From an uncultured Lachnospiraceae bacterium (GTDB taxonomy: Bacteria > Bacillota > Clostridia > Lachnospirales > Lachnospiraceae), in NCBI GenBank assembly GCA_902779445.1, contig CACZBM010000014.1, forward strand, positions 8,508 to 72,507: a DNA stretch of 64,000 bases. The letters run 5' to 3'. The notes beneath the pieces are model-generated. The model saw only the letters and a program-made list of their open reading frames with translations. It did no database searches and was not told the origin of the DNA. Made by a program: the position numbers and the translations under genes. Positions within the stretch are counted from its first letter, which is position 1. Each line of letters starts with the position of its first letter. This document shows positions 27,934 through 36,916 of this stretch, in pieces.

Positions 27934-28671
27934 TCAATAATCAACATCTTCAAATGTCACAATGGGATTATCCGAGTTTTCGGAGTAATTTTCAAGATGC
28001 AGTATCCCCTTTCTTCCGTTAAGACTCGGTTCTATTTTCTTTAGCCTCATCATCTTCTCGTCTATATAATCCATGGTACCTATTATCGCCCTTGTTTCCC
28101 CGAAAAACAGGATTATGCTGCCGTCAGTTCCAAAATATATACCGTCTGTATTTATGTCGTATTTATTCAGAAGCTGTGTGATCGACAGTATCTCGTTAAA
28201 GATACCCGGGTCCTCCACAGGAAGCGGCTTCCCAACTATGCAATGGTCGAATTCAAGCCCCGTGACCTCCGGGATCCCTTCTATCTTTTCATCCGTACTC
28301 TCTACAACTATCCCCTCTCTGTCAAAATACATGTATTTGCCCAGGAATTCCACATATCCGGCTACAGCCTTTTCGAAAACATCAATGGTGATCGCATTCC
28401 TGGAATCGAATTTAACATCCATCCTTTCGATAAAAGGTATATCGGTGATAGGTTTATTCCTGTACTTTAACTGCAGTATAACGGAGTTTTTGCCGAGAAG
28501 GGAGTCAGAAAACACCATATTCCTGATCTCATCATCAGAATAATGTGAATTTCCGACGACATGGGCTTCGGACACGTTAAAGGCTTCCAGGAAATAGTAA
28601 AACCCGCCCATCAGCACTGCCACAACTGTCAGGATGACGAGGATTATCTTAACAGCCTTTTCTCCTCTCAT
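27934..28671 (-). CDS. ftsQ: cell division protein FtsQ/DivIB
   Basis: N-terminal TM segment followed by POTRA-like VSEAHVVGNSHYSDDEI. Position between ftsW and ftsZ. Confidence 0.75.
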   Translation of the reverse strand: MRGEKAVKIILVILTVVAVLMGGFYYFLEAFNVSEAHVVGNSHYSDDEIRNMVFSDSLLGKNSVILQLKYRNKPITDIPFIERMDVKFDSRNAITIDVFEKAVAGYVEFLGKYMYFDREGIVVESTDEKIEGIPEVTGLEFDHCIVGKPLPVEDPGIFNEILSITQLLNKYDINTDGIYFGTDGSIILFFGETRAIIGTMDYIDEKMMRLKKIEPSLNGRKGILHLENYSENSDNPIVTFEDVDY

Positions 28672-29801
28672 ACCTCAATGCTCCTTGAAACACTTAAGCA
28701 CAGGCCTATCTCATAAAGGAGAAACAGGATCGAGGTCCCTCCGTACGAAATAAAGGGAAGCGTGATACCCGTATTCGGTATGGTATTTGTAACAACAGCA
28801 ATATTCAGGATGACCTGGATGGCTATATGGGCCATGACACCCGTGACTATAAAAGCTCCGAACTGGTCTGAAGCATTATTGGCCACGATCACGAATCTCC
28901 AGATCAGTATCACGAACATCAAAAGTATTGCTATGGCCCCGAAAAGTCCCAGTTCCTCACAGATAATGGAAAAGATCATGTCATTCTGGGCTTCCGGTAC
29001 AAACCCCAGTTTCTGGGTACTCTGTCCCAGCCCTTTACCGAATATGCCGCCTGCTCCTATAGAATATAAGGACTGCAGCGTCTGATAACCTGTTCCCGAA
29101 GCGTATGCCTCCGGCTGAAGCCATGCTCTTATCCTCGCAGTGCGGTAGCTTAATGTCTCCGGGATGATGCCGTGCATTACCATATACACTATGAGGGCTG
29201 CTCCTCCGGTGATAGCACCGCCTATCAGCATAAATGGCAGCGTCTTCTGGGAACACACGAATACCATTACCGTGGCTATCCCGAAAATGATGATGGCGGA
29301 ACTCATGTTACTGGTGATGGTAAGCACCATTACCGCAGGAATCCCGGCCAGCACCGTACAGATAAATATCCCTTTTAGCGTGGAAGATAACTGCTTGCCG
29401 TATCTGGAAAGGATCGATGCGAATAAAAGTATCACTCCCACCTTTGCCACCTCTGCAGGCTGTACGGAAATACCCACATCCAGCCATCTCCTCGCTCCGT
29501 TCCTCACAACTCCGAGAGGTGTAAGCACCAGAAATACCAGAAACAGGGATCCAAGGTATATCAAAAATGCAGGTCCCTTCCAGATGTGATAGTCTATCCT
29601 GGAGATAATGAGCATTGCAATAAAGCCCAGTGCCGTGGCACGGGCCTGATTCTTTAGGTAAAATGCCGAGTCATTGAATTTAAGGCTGGCCTCATATGAA
29701 CTGGCCGAATAGACCATTATCAGCCCGAACAGCAGTAGAAATATTACCGCAAAGAACAGGCTGTAATCCATATGACGCCTCTTCACTTTACCGTGGCTCA
29801 T
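28668..29801 (-). CDS. ftsW: FtsW/RodA/SpoVE-family peptidoglycan glycosyltransferase
   Basis: A SEDS protein with about 10 TM segments. Motifs QPAEVAKV, PEAQNDMIFS and LPFISYGGTS. Confidence 0.85.
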   Translation of the reverse strand: MSHGKVKRRHMDYSLFFAVIFLLLFGLIMVYSASSYEASLKFNDSAFYLKNQARATALGFIAMLIISRIDYHIWKGPAFLIYLGSLFLVFLVLTPLGVVRNGARRWLDVGISVQPAEVAKVGVILLFASILSRYGKQLSSTLKGIFICTVLAGIPAVMVLTITSNMSSAIIIFGIATVMVFVCSQKTLPFMLIGGAITGGAALIVYMVMHGIIPETLSYRTARIRAWLQPEAYASGTGYQTLQSLYSIGAGGIFGKGLGQSTQKLGFVPEAQNDMIFSIICEELGLFGAIAILLMFVILIWRFVIVANNASDQFGAFIVTGVMAHIAIQVILNIAVVTNTIPNTGITLPFISYGGTSILFLLYEIGLCLSVSRSIEV

Positions 29802-31180
29802 AGTGCGCGGACGTACTCCTTAAACAGATTTCCTCTTTCCTCGTAGTTCTTAAACTGATCCCAGCTTGCACAGGCAGGTGACAGCAGCACTGCATCTCCG
29901 GCCACTGCATTGTCGTGGCATAACCTGACTGCTTCCTTTAAGTCTGATGCCATCAGTACCTTTTCAAAGCCCTTTTTAAAAGCTGTATCTCTGATAAGCT
30001 CCGCAGTTTCCCCGATAAGGACCAAAAGCTTCACCTTTCCGTCAAAAGAATCGATGAGTTCATCAAAAGAGCTCTTCTTGTCATAACCCCCGCCTATAAG
30101 AATGGTGGGACGTATCATGGCTTCCACGGCTTTTATGGAAGCATCGGGATTGGTGCCCTTTGAATCATTATAGTAATCCACCCCGTTAACGTTTTCCACG
30201 AATTCTATACGGTGTTCCACTGCATTGAAGTTCCTGACGGTATCTGTGATGACTTCGGTATCCACACCATAATTTACCGCCATTGCTATCGCTGCCATTA
30301 TGTTCTCATAATTATGGGTTCCGAGAAGCTTTGTCTCATCGGTACTTATGATCTTTTTATCATTATAGAAAATGTCCTTACCCTTTAATACCACCACATC
30401 ACCATCGCATTTTGATGCAGCATCCGCATCCTTCGTAAAGAAGACCACTTTTCCCTTCTGTCCTTCAGCCATCTTTACGGTATAGGGATCGTCGAGGTTC
30501 AGGACCACAACGCAGTCTTCGTCCTGATTTTCCGTGATCCTCTTTTTAACAGCTACGTAATTCTCCATTGTATGGTGTCTGTTAAGGTGGTCCGGAGTGA
30601 TATTTAAGACAGCGGACACCTTCGGCTTAAATGCCTTTATGGTCTCCAGCTGGAATGAACTGATCTCAGCAACGGTAATAGTGTCATCATCCATATCGTT
30701 TGCATAAAGAGTATAGGGGTCACCGATATTTCCTACAACAAATACTTTCCTGCCCTTCCCCTCTTTTTCTGCGTAGTTCTTCATGATCTCACCGAGAAGG
30801 GTAGTAGTGGTTGTCTTTCCGTTGGTACCGGTTATCGCCAGGACATCTCCCTTTCCGCAGCAGAATGCGAGCTCCACTTCTCCTATTATCTCAGTGTCCT
30901 TTTCGTCAAAATATCTCACAAGGGGATTTGACAACGGTACTCCGGGGCTTAATACCACGAGATCTATGGAATTCTTCACTTCATAGGGAAGATTTCCCTT
31001 TATCACGCGGATCCTCTCGTCCTTTCCGAAAGAAGCACGGATACTGTCGGTATCCACGTTTTCATTTTCATCAAAAAGGATGACAACGGCTCCGATCGAA
31101 AGTAAAAGCTTTGCAGCTCCCTTTCCGCTCACACCCGTACCTATTACAAGACATCTTAAGTTTTCAAACGCTTCCTTCAT
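29798..31180 (-). CDS. murD: UDP-N-acetylmuramoyl-L-alanine--D-glutamate ligase
   Basis: GTGVSGKGAA N-terminal Rossmann motif, the Mur-ligase P-loop ITGTNGKTTTT, and 460 aa. Confidence 0.9.
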   Translation of the reverse strand: MKEAFENLRCLVIGTGVSGKGAAKLLLSIGAVVILFDENENVDTDSIRASFGKDERIRVIKGNLPYEVKNSIDLVVLSPGVPLSNPLVRYFDEKDTEIIGEVELAFCCGKGDVLAITGTNGKTTTTTLLGEIMKNYAEKEGKGRKVFVVGNIGDPYTLYANDMDDDTITVAEISSFQLETIKAFKPKVSAVLNITPDHLNRHHTMENYVAVKKRITENQDEDCVVVLNLDDPYTVKMAEGQKGKVVFFTKDADAASKCDGDVVVLKGKDIFYNDKKIISTDETKLLGTHNYENIMAAIAMAVNYGVDTEVITDTVRNFNAVEHRIEFVENVNGVDYYNDSKGTNPDASIKAVEAMIRPTILIGGGYDKKSSFDELIDSFDGKVKLLVLIGETAELIRDTAFKKGFEKVLMASDLKEAVRLCHDNAVAGDAVLLSPACASWDQFKNYEERGNLFKEYVRAL

Positions 31181-31192
31181 GATCTCACCCTT

Positions 31193-32170
31193 TTACATCA
31201 ATATAATAGCTATAAAACATCCAACGACGGTAACAATGGTAAATATATTAACAACCTTTGTCTCACTCCATCCCATCAGTTCAAAGTGATGGTGTATGGG
31301 AGCCATTTTGAAAAATCTCTTTCCATGGGTAGCTTTGAAATAAAGAACCTGAATTATCACAGATATGACTTCCACGAGATAGATAATACCTACAAATACG
31401 ATATGTATCGGCATTTTCATCACAAGCATGCAGGCAGCCGTGAATCCTCCCAGAGCAAGGGATCCCGTATCCCCCATAAATACTTTGGCGGGATGGTGAT
31501 TGTAAAACAGGAAACCAAGGAGCGCACCTGCCATAACATATGAGGCAGATGTGATATTAACTGCAAGTGCCGACGAAATATGTGCGATAAAGAGCGCTAT
31601 GACAATGGTCACACTGCTTAAGAGTCCGTCAAGTCCGTCGGTAAAATTGGATCCGTTGGTGGTTCCGAGGAATACAAAAATAAGAAAGGGCACTGTAAAT
31701 ACCCCGAGATTCACGTACAATCCGGCTCCGTTCGCGGTAAACAGCGATGAGAAGGGAATGAGCACGTCAAAATTCACTTCCGTGAACTGTTTTACAGACC
31801 ATATCACTGCAGCCGAAACAACGATCTGGAGGACAAGCTTCTGCCAGGCACGTAAGCCCAGATTCCTCTTCATTACCACCTTGATATAGTCATCGATCAG
31901 TCCGACAGCCCCGAAACCGAGTGTTGCTACTATAACCGGAATGGCCGCCCTGTACTTTCCCGCCTCCGGTATGGTCAGAGCCGCGAAGGTCAGAAGGAAC
32001 ATTATACCGCCCATTGTGGGGGTACCTGTCTTCTTTTTATGGGACTCGGGCCCCTCTTCTCTTTCAACCTGCCTTGCCTTTAGTTTCTTTAATTCCGGTA
32101 TCAGAAACTTACCGATCAAAACGGTTAGGACAAAGGCAACCACCAGATGTAATATGTGATTTAAAAACAT
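31193..32170 (-). CDS. mraY: phospho-N-acetylmuramoyl-pentapeptide transferase
   Basis: KKTGTPTMGG, NFTDGLDGL, MGDTGSLALGG and APIHHHFE. Confidence 0.95.
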   Translation of the reverse strand: MFLNHILHLVVAFVLTVLIGKFLIPELKKLKARQVEREEGPESHKKKTGTPTMGGIMFLLTFAALTIPEAGKYRAAIPVIVATLGFGAVGLIDDYIKVVMKRNLGLRAWQKLVLQIVVSAAVIWSVKQFTEVNFDVLIPFSSLFTANGAGLYVNLGVFTVPFLIFVFLGTTNGSNFTDGLDGLLSSVTIVIALFIAHISSALAVNITSASYVMAGALLGFLFYNHHPAKVFMGDTGSLALGGFTAACMLVMKMPIHIVFVGIIYLVEVISVIIQVLYFKATHGKRFFKMAPIHHHFELMGWSETKVVNIFTIVTVVGCFIAIILM

Positions 32171-32249
32171 ATGTCCTCTCCTTAATTTTCAATCAAACTA
32201 AATAAGTATAACTTAGGATCAAAAGAGAATCAAATCGGAGCTCTCCCTC

Positions 32250-34565
32250 TTACTCTCCTTCTTCAGGAGCATACTGTTCTTCCTTAGGTTTGGGGGAGAT
32301 CGGCAAAAGGGTCACCGGATCCAGAACCTCACCTGTAGCCGGGTCCAGAGGATAGCCTGTCTCAGGATCATACTGTATCACATTGTTCACAATAGGATTT
32401 CCGGCACTGTCTTTGGGCGGTTCTGCCTCTTCTACCGGTATCTCTATCACTTCTTCGTTATTATCCTCAGCTTCTTCAGAAGTCTCATCTTCATTTTCCG
32501 GAAGCAGTTCATTTGCGGATATTGTCCAGTAAGAACTGTTCTCTGAGAATTCATCCTGCTTTGCCCGAAGCTCCTCTGCTTCTTCCTCTGTTATCTCTTC
32601 TGTAGGGAAGATATTGAGATATGGAAGCACTTCCGTCATAATATCACGGTTAAGTCTGGTTGCGAGTCTTGTGGACTCGGACTGTATCTCCGTATTAGGC
32701 GTATCTATTACCACATAACAGAGAACTTCAGGGTTTTCAGCAGGTACGTATCCCATAAATGAGATGAGATAGTCGTTCTTGGTTCTCGGAGCTTTTTCCG
32801 CTGTACCTGTCTTTCCGCCTTCCGTATAGCCTATGGGCCGGGCCGACCATCCGGTACATTCCTTAGGATCACTCATTACTACGGTCCTTAAGTAATCTCT
32901 CATCTTTGCACTGGTGTCTTCACTTATTACCTGCTTATATATCCTGGGCTGTATCTTCTCAACCACCGCCCCCTCGGAATTTCTGATCTCTGAAACCATT
33001 TGGGGCCTGTAATAATATCCGCCGTTAATAAGGGCAGAAAAACCGGCAGCCATCTGCATCATGGTCACGTTAAATCCCTGTCCGAAAGACGCGACTGCAA
33101 GATCCGTAATACCCATCTTCTCGTTAAAGGTAAGCTCGCTTGCGTTTGTCTCACCTGCAAGATCGATATTCGTTTTATATCCGAAATTAAATATCTTGTT
33201 GTACCTGAGCCACTCTTCTTTTCCCATGGCAAATGCTATATCCATGAGTACCACGTTACAGGACTTCGCTATTCCCTGCTGGACAGTAAGTAGCCCGTCA
33301 CCGAGCCTGTTATGGCAGTGGATCTGGTAATCAGCCACGTCCAGATAACCGTTACACTGGTACGTCTCATTTCCGGTGATCTTTCCGGAATCGATAGCTC
33401 CCGCCACCGTAAATGGCTTCATGACGGATCCGGGTTCAAAGGAATCGGATATGCAGTAATTTCTCCATATTTTATTCCTTGCCACTGTCATAGGATCCTC
33501 GGGTGCATTGTTTCCCGAAACCTCTTCCTCTGCTTCGGTATCAACGGCAGTATTTTCCGATACGCTTTCCGGCAGGAACTGGGTAAGATCAACGTTATCC
33601 ATATTTGAGGGATCATTAAGGTCAAATACCGGATACCCGGCCATTGCGTATACTTCTCCGTCATTCGGATTCATGACGATAACGCCGATATTTTTCGCTG
33701 CTGCACCCTGCCTGTATGCATTCCTGTGCTCATTCATGAATTTAGCTATATGTTTTTCCACTATGGACTGGATATTAGTGTCTATGGTGGAAACAATGGT
33801 GTATCCGTCAACAGCAGGTTTAATGGATTCCTCCATAACGGAATCCTCGTTCATGAATCCGTACTCTCTTCCGTCGGTGCCGTTCAGGGTATCGTTATAA
33901 AATTCCTCAAGTCCGAAAAATCCTGTGTTGTCTCCCTGCACAAATCCTATTACATCACAGGCGAGGGAGCTTCCCGGGTACTTTCTCTCATAATCATCTT
34001 CAAACCAGATACCGTCCATCATTTCAGGTTCCGTTTCATTGTCCGATACCTTTTTCCCCTTTACTTCCACGCCGTTTTTCTGCATTTCCTTAAAGGGCTC
34101 TATCTCATTGAAGGGCAGGTGTTTTGCAAATATCTTATACCTGCTCCCCGGATTTTTATTTACGTATTCCCTGATCTCTGTCGTATCTACTTCCGGAAAA
34201 CACTTCTGAAGCGCCTGCATTGTGGGCTCCAGATGTACTCCCTCATCCGAAAGGAGCATCTTTGCATCCACCACCAGATTGTATACCTTTTCCGAATAGG
34301 CGAGCTTAGTACCCTTTCTGTCTACAATGTCCCCCCGCCTGAAAGGGATGACGCGGGATGAGCTCATCTGCTGCCTCATCACCTGTCTCTTGTAGTCATC
34401 TCCTTTTTCCCTGTTTATCTTTAAAAGTCTTAAAGATAACGCAACGAAAGCCAGCAGTACTATGATGAACAGCACTACCAGCTTTCTCTGCATCTTTCCG
34501 CTGAATCCGGAATTAGAAGCCTCTTGTGTGACTATTTTTCGTTTTTGTTTTCTGGACATCTTCAT
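32250..34565 (-). CDS. class B penicillin-binding protein (FtsI/PBP2-type transpeptidase) with an acidic/Pro-rich C-terminal extension
   Basis: N-terminal TM segment. SVMKP (SxxK) and KTGTA (KTG) motifs. About 130 aa of Glu/Pro-rich tail after the transpeptidase domain. Confidence 0.85.
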   Translation of the reverse strand: MKMSRKQKRKIVTQEASNSGFSGKMQRKLVVLFIIVLLAFVALSLRLLKINREKGDDYKRQVMRQQMSSSRVIPFRRGDIVDRKGTKLAYSEKVYNLVVDAKMLLSDEGVHLEPTMQALQKCFPEVDTTEIREYVNKNPGSRYKIFAKHLPFNEIEPFKEMQKNGVEVKGKKVSDNETEPEMMDGIWFEDDYERKYPGSSLACDVIGFVQGDNTGFFGLEEFYNDTLNGTDGREYGFMNEDSVMEESIKPAVDGYTIVSTIDTNIQSIVEKHIAKFMNEHRNAYRQGAAAKNIGVIVMNPNDGEVYAMAGYPVFDLNDPSNMDNVDLTQFLPESVSENTAVDTEAEEEVSGNNAPEDPMTVARNKIWRNYCISDSFEPGSVMKPFTVAGAIDSGKITGNETYQCNGYLDVADYQIHCHNRLGDGLLTVQQGIAKSCNVVLMDIAFAMGKEEWLRYNKIFNFGYKTNIDLAGETNASELTFNEKMGITDLAVASFGQGFNVTMMQMAAGFSALINGGYYYRPQMVSEIRNSEGAVVEKIQPRIYKQVISEDTSAKMRDYLRTVVMSDPKECTGWSARPIGYTEGGKTGTAEKAPRTKNDYLISFMGYVPAENPEVLCYVVIDTPNTEIQSESTRLATRLNRDIMTEVLPYLNIFPTEEITEEEAEELRAKQDEFSENSSYWTISANELLPENEDETSEEAEDNNEEVIEIPVEEAEPPKDSAGNPIVNNVIQYDPETGYPLDPATGEVLDPVTLLPISPKPKEEQYAPEEGE

Positions 34566-35053
34566 TGCTTTCCAGGTATGGCTCCGTATTGACGTACATA
34601 GTCGTCACCTGCCAGAGACACATTTACTACCTGGCTTTCATCCGGATATTTCATATGGAGATCAGTCATGGCGATCCGTTTTATCTCTTCCATGTCAACG
34701 GAGCCCATGATCCTCTCGTATTCTTCGTTATTGGAAGTCTGAAGCTGTGACAGGGTGCCTTCAAGCGAAGCGACCCTCTTCTGACTGGCGGTTATCTCCG
34801 AATGGATCCTTACGTACCCTAAGCATACGAACGCACACAACGCAAGGGCAAGGAAGAAAAATGCGTAGTAACCGAATGATACCTGGGGTGTGCTTAAGGC
34901 ATCACCGGATTCCCTTTCGGCTCTCTCCCTTCTTCTTTCCCTTTCATCAAATCTGGGCTGGATCCTTCGAACGGTATTTCCGTCAATATATATGCTGTTA
35001 TTTGATCTTCCGTATACGGCAGATCTTCTTCTGGATACAGATCTTTTCCCCAT
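34562..35053 (-). CDS. ftsL: FtsL-like cell division protein
   Basis: Arg-rich N-terminus, a single TM segment YYAFFFLALALCAFVCLGYV, then a coiled-coil. Position between rsmH and the PBP gene. Confidence 0.55.
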   Translation of the reverse strand: MGKRSVSRRRSAVYGRSNNSIYIDGNTVRRIQPRFDERERRRERAERESGDALSTPQVSFGYYAFFFLALALCAFVCLGYVRIHSEITASQKRVASLEGTLSQLQTSNNEEYERIMGSVDMEEIKRIAMTDLHMKYPDESQVVNVSLAGDDYVRQYGAIPGKQ

Positions 35054-35201
35054 GATTCTCTCCTCGAGCAGACACTATCTACTACCTGGCTTAGACCAGT
35101 CGTACCCGATCCCGTAACTTTTAATGACCGAAAATATACCTGTTTTCGGTCTTGCGCTGCTTCGCAGCTTCGAACGGTATCTGGCTCCAAAATATCCTCT
35201 C

Positions 35202-36143
35202 CTATGCCCTTTCAAATACCCGTAGCTTTGCGCTTTTCGACCTCGGATTTGTCTCCATCTCCTCCGTGGTCGGGATGATCGGTTTCCGGGTTATTACCCG
35301 GCCCTTAGACTTCTTTCCGCACACACACACCGGAAAGTCCGGCGGGCACGTGCATGGATCTTCATTTCTCTTAAAATTGGTCTTTACTATCCTGTCCTCC
35401 AGGGAGTGGAAAGTGATTATACATAATCTCCCTCCCGGAGCTAAAATATCTATCATCGTATCCAGCGTATCTTCCAGCACATCCAGTTCGTGATTCACTT
35501 CTATCCTGATAGCCTGAAAGGTTCTTTTCGCCGGATGTCCTCCGGTCTTTTTTACCTTCATCGGAATGGAGGCGCTTATTATATCCCGGAGTTCAAAAGT
35601 GGTCTTTATCGGTCCTTCTTCCCTTTTCTTCACGATATTCTTCGCGATGTTCTGTGCGAATCTGTCTTCTCCGTAATCCTTTATTATCCGGAACAGATCA
35701 TGCTCGGAATATCCGTTTACCACTTCATAAGCAGATAGTGTATTTCTCCTGTCCATCCTCATATCGAGTGGGGCGTCATCCATGTAGGAGAAGCCTCTCT
35801 CTGCTTCATCCAGCTGATGAGATGACACCCCGAGGTCCAGGAGGATACCATCTGCAAAATCCACATTTAATTCTCTGAGAACTGCTTTTATATTGCTGTA
35901 GTTACTTCTGACGACGGTGAGGAGGCTTTGATAGGGCGCTAGTTTATTTTTGGAGGATTCAATTGCTGCTTCGTCCTGATCAAGTCCGATGAGCTTCGCA
36001 CCCATTTCGGGTCTGAGGAGTTTTGCGATTTCAAAGGAGTGTCCGCCTCCCCCGATCGTACCGTCTATATATATGCCATTTTCTTTTACATTGAGGCTTT
36101 TGATCGTCTCCTGTAAAAGAACGGGAACATGCTTAAATTCCAT
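35202..36143 (-). CDS. rsmH: 16S rRNA (cytosine1402-N4)-methyltransferase
   Basis: [10 protein letters not shown]..., [24 protein letters not shown] and ITFHSLEDR. Start moved to ATG 36143, 13 nt after the mraZ stop. Confidence 0.9.
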   Translation of the reverse strand: MEFKHVPVLLQETIKSLNVKENGIYIDGTIGGGGHSFEIAKLLRPEMGAKLIGLDQDEAAIESSKNKLAPYQSLLTVVRSNYSNIKAVLRELNVDFADGILLDLGVSSHQLDEAERGFSYMDDAPLDMRMDRRNTLSAYEVVNGYSEHDLFRIIKDYGEDRFAQNIAKNIVKKREEGPIKTTFELRDIISASIPMKVKKTGGHPAKRTFQAIRIEVNHELDVLEDTLDTMIDILAPGGRLCIITFHSLEDRIVKTNFKRNEDPCTCPPDFPVCVCGKKSKGRVITRKPIIPTTEEMETNPRSKSAKLRVFERA

Positions 36144-36156
36144 TTTGCGTCCTCTG

Positions 36157-36585
36157 TCAGAGACTGAAACCGAGTTCACTCAAGTTCTCTGCGAGATCGT
36201 CGATACTTTCAGGTTCAGTATCCTTCCACTTCTCGCTGTCCCAGATCTCTACTCTGGAGCCGCTTCCTACGAGTATCACATCTTTTTTAAGATCCGCATA
36301 CTCTCTGAGCTTTGCGGGAATCAATATTCTTCCCTGTTTGTCTATCTCTTCTTCCACAGCTCCCGCCAGGAAGAATCTTGTAATGGCTCTTGTCTCTTTT
36401 TTGAACTGGGGCAGTTCCTTTAGTTTTTCTTCTATCCCTGCCCAGGTTTCCGGATCATAGGCATTGAGGCAGCCATCGAAGCCCTTGGACACCACAAACT
36501 TCTCCCCGAGTCCCTCGCGGAACTTTGCCGGGATTATAAGACGTCCTTTAGCATCGATTGTATGGTTGTATTCGCCCATAAACAT
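36157..36585 (-). CDS. mraZ: transcriptional regulator MraZ
   Basis: [23 protein letters not shown] and a second [13 protein letters not shown] repeat, 142 aa. Confidence 0.95.
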   Translation of the reverse strand: MFMGEYNHTIDAKGRLIIPAKFREGLGEKFVVSKGFDGCLNAYDPETWAGIEEKLKELPQFKKETRAITRFFLAGAVEEEIDKQGRILIPAKLREYADLKKDVILVGSGSRVEIWDSEKWKDTEPESIDDLAENLSELGFSL

Positions 36586-36590
36586 AAGCG

Positions 36591-36667
36591 CTCACCACTT
36601 TCCACCACTTTGTGCCACTTTTCACCACTACGCCCCATATTTTAATCCAAATCCCCACTTCCTGCAA
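36591..36667 (-). promoter_or_regulatory. mraZ promoter (TTGCAG-17-TAAAAT) with 10-bp-phased AAGTGG direct repeats (putative MraZ boxes)
   Basis: CCACTT/CCACTA on plus at 36595, 36605, 36615 and 36625, plus one at 36655 inside the spacer. -35 at 36667-36662 and -10 at 36644-36639 on the minus strand. Confidence 0.55.
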
Positions 36668-36691
36668 TATGCCCCTTGTGTTCATTGCATC

Positions 36692-36719
36692 AAAAAAACG
36701 CCTTTTTCAAGGCGTTTTT
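36692..36719 (-). terminator. rho-independent terminator downstream of purL
   Basis: Stem aacgcctt/aaggcgtt, followed on the minus strand by a T7 run (the A7 run at 36692-36698 on plus). Confidence 0.6.
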
Positions 36720-36827
36720 CGTAATTATATCCATATATGGAATTGTCTGTTGAATTTCACCACTATATCTTGTGGGTGGAGGAAAATGTCATAAAATTGT
36801 ATTTTTTTTAATGCACTTATGTTTTTT

Positions 36828-36885
36828 GTCATCCTGAGCGCTAGCGAAGGATCTAAAAGAGATTCTTCGCTTTGCTCAGAATGAC
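36828..36885. repeat. palindromic repeat family 1, single hairpin unit
   Basis: gtcatcctgagcgctagcgaaggatct-aaaag-agattcttcgctttgctcagaatgac, 32 nt downstream of the purL stop. Confidence 0.8.
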
Positions 36886-36916
36886 ATCTGTTTAAGCCAC
36901 CGGACGGGAAATCATA

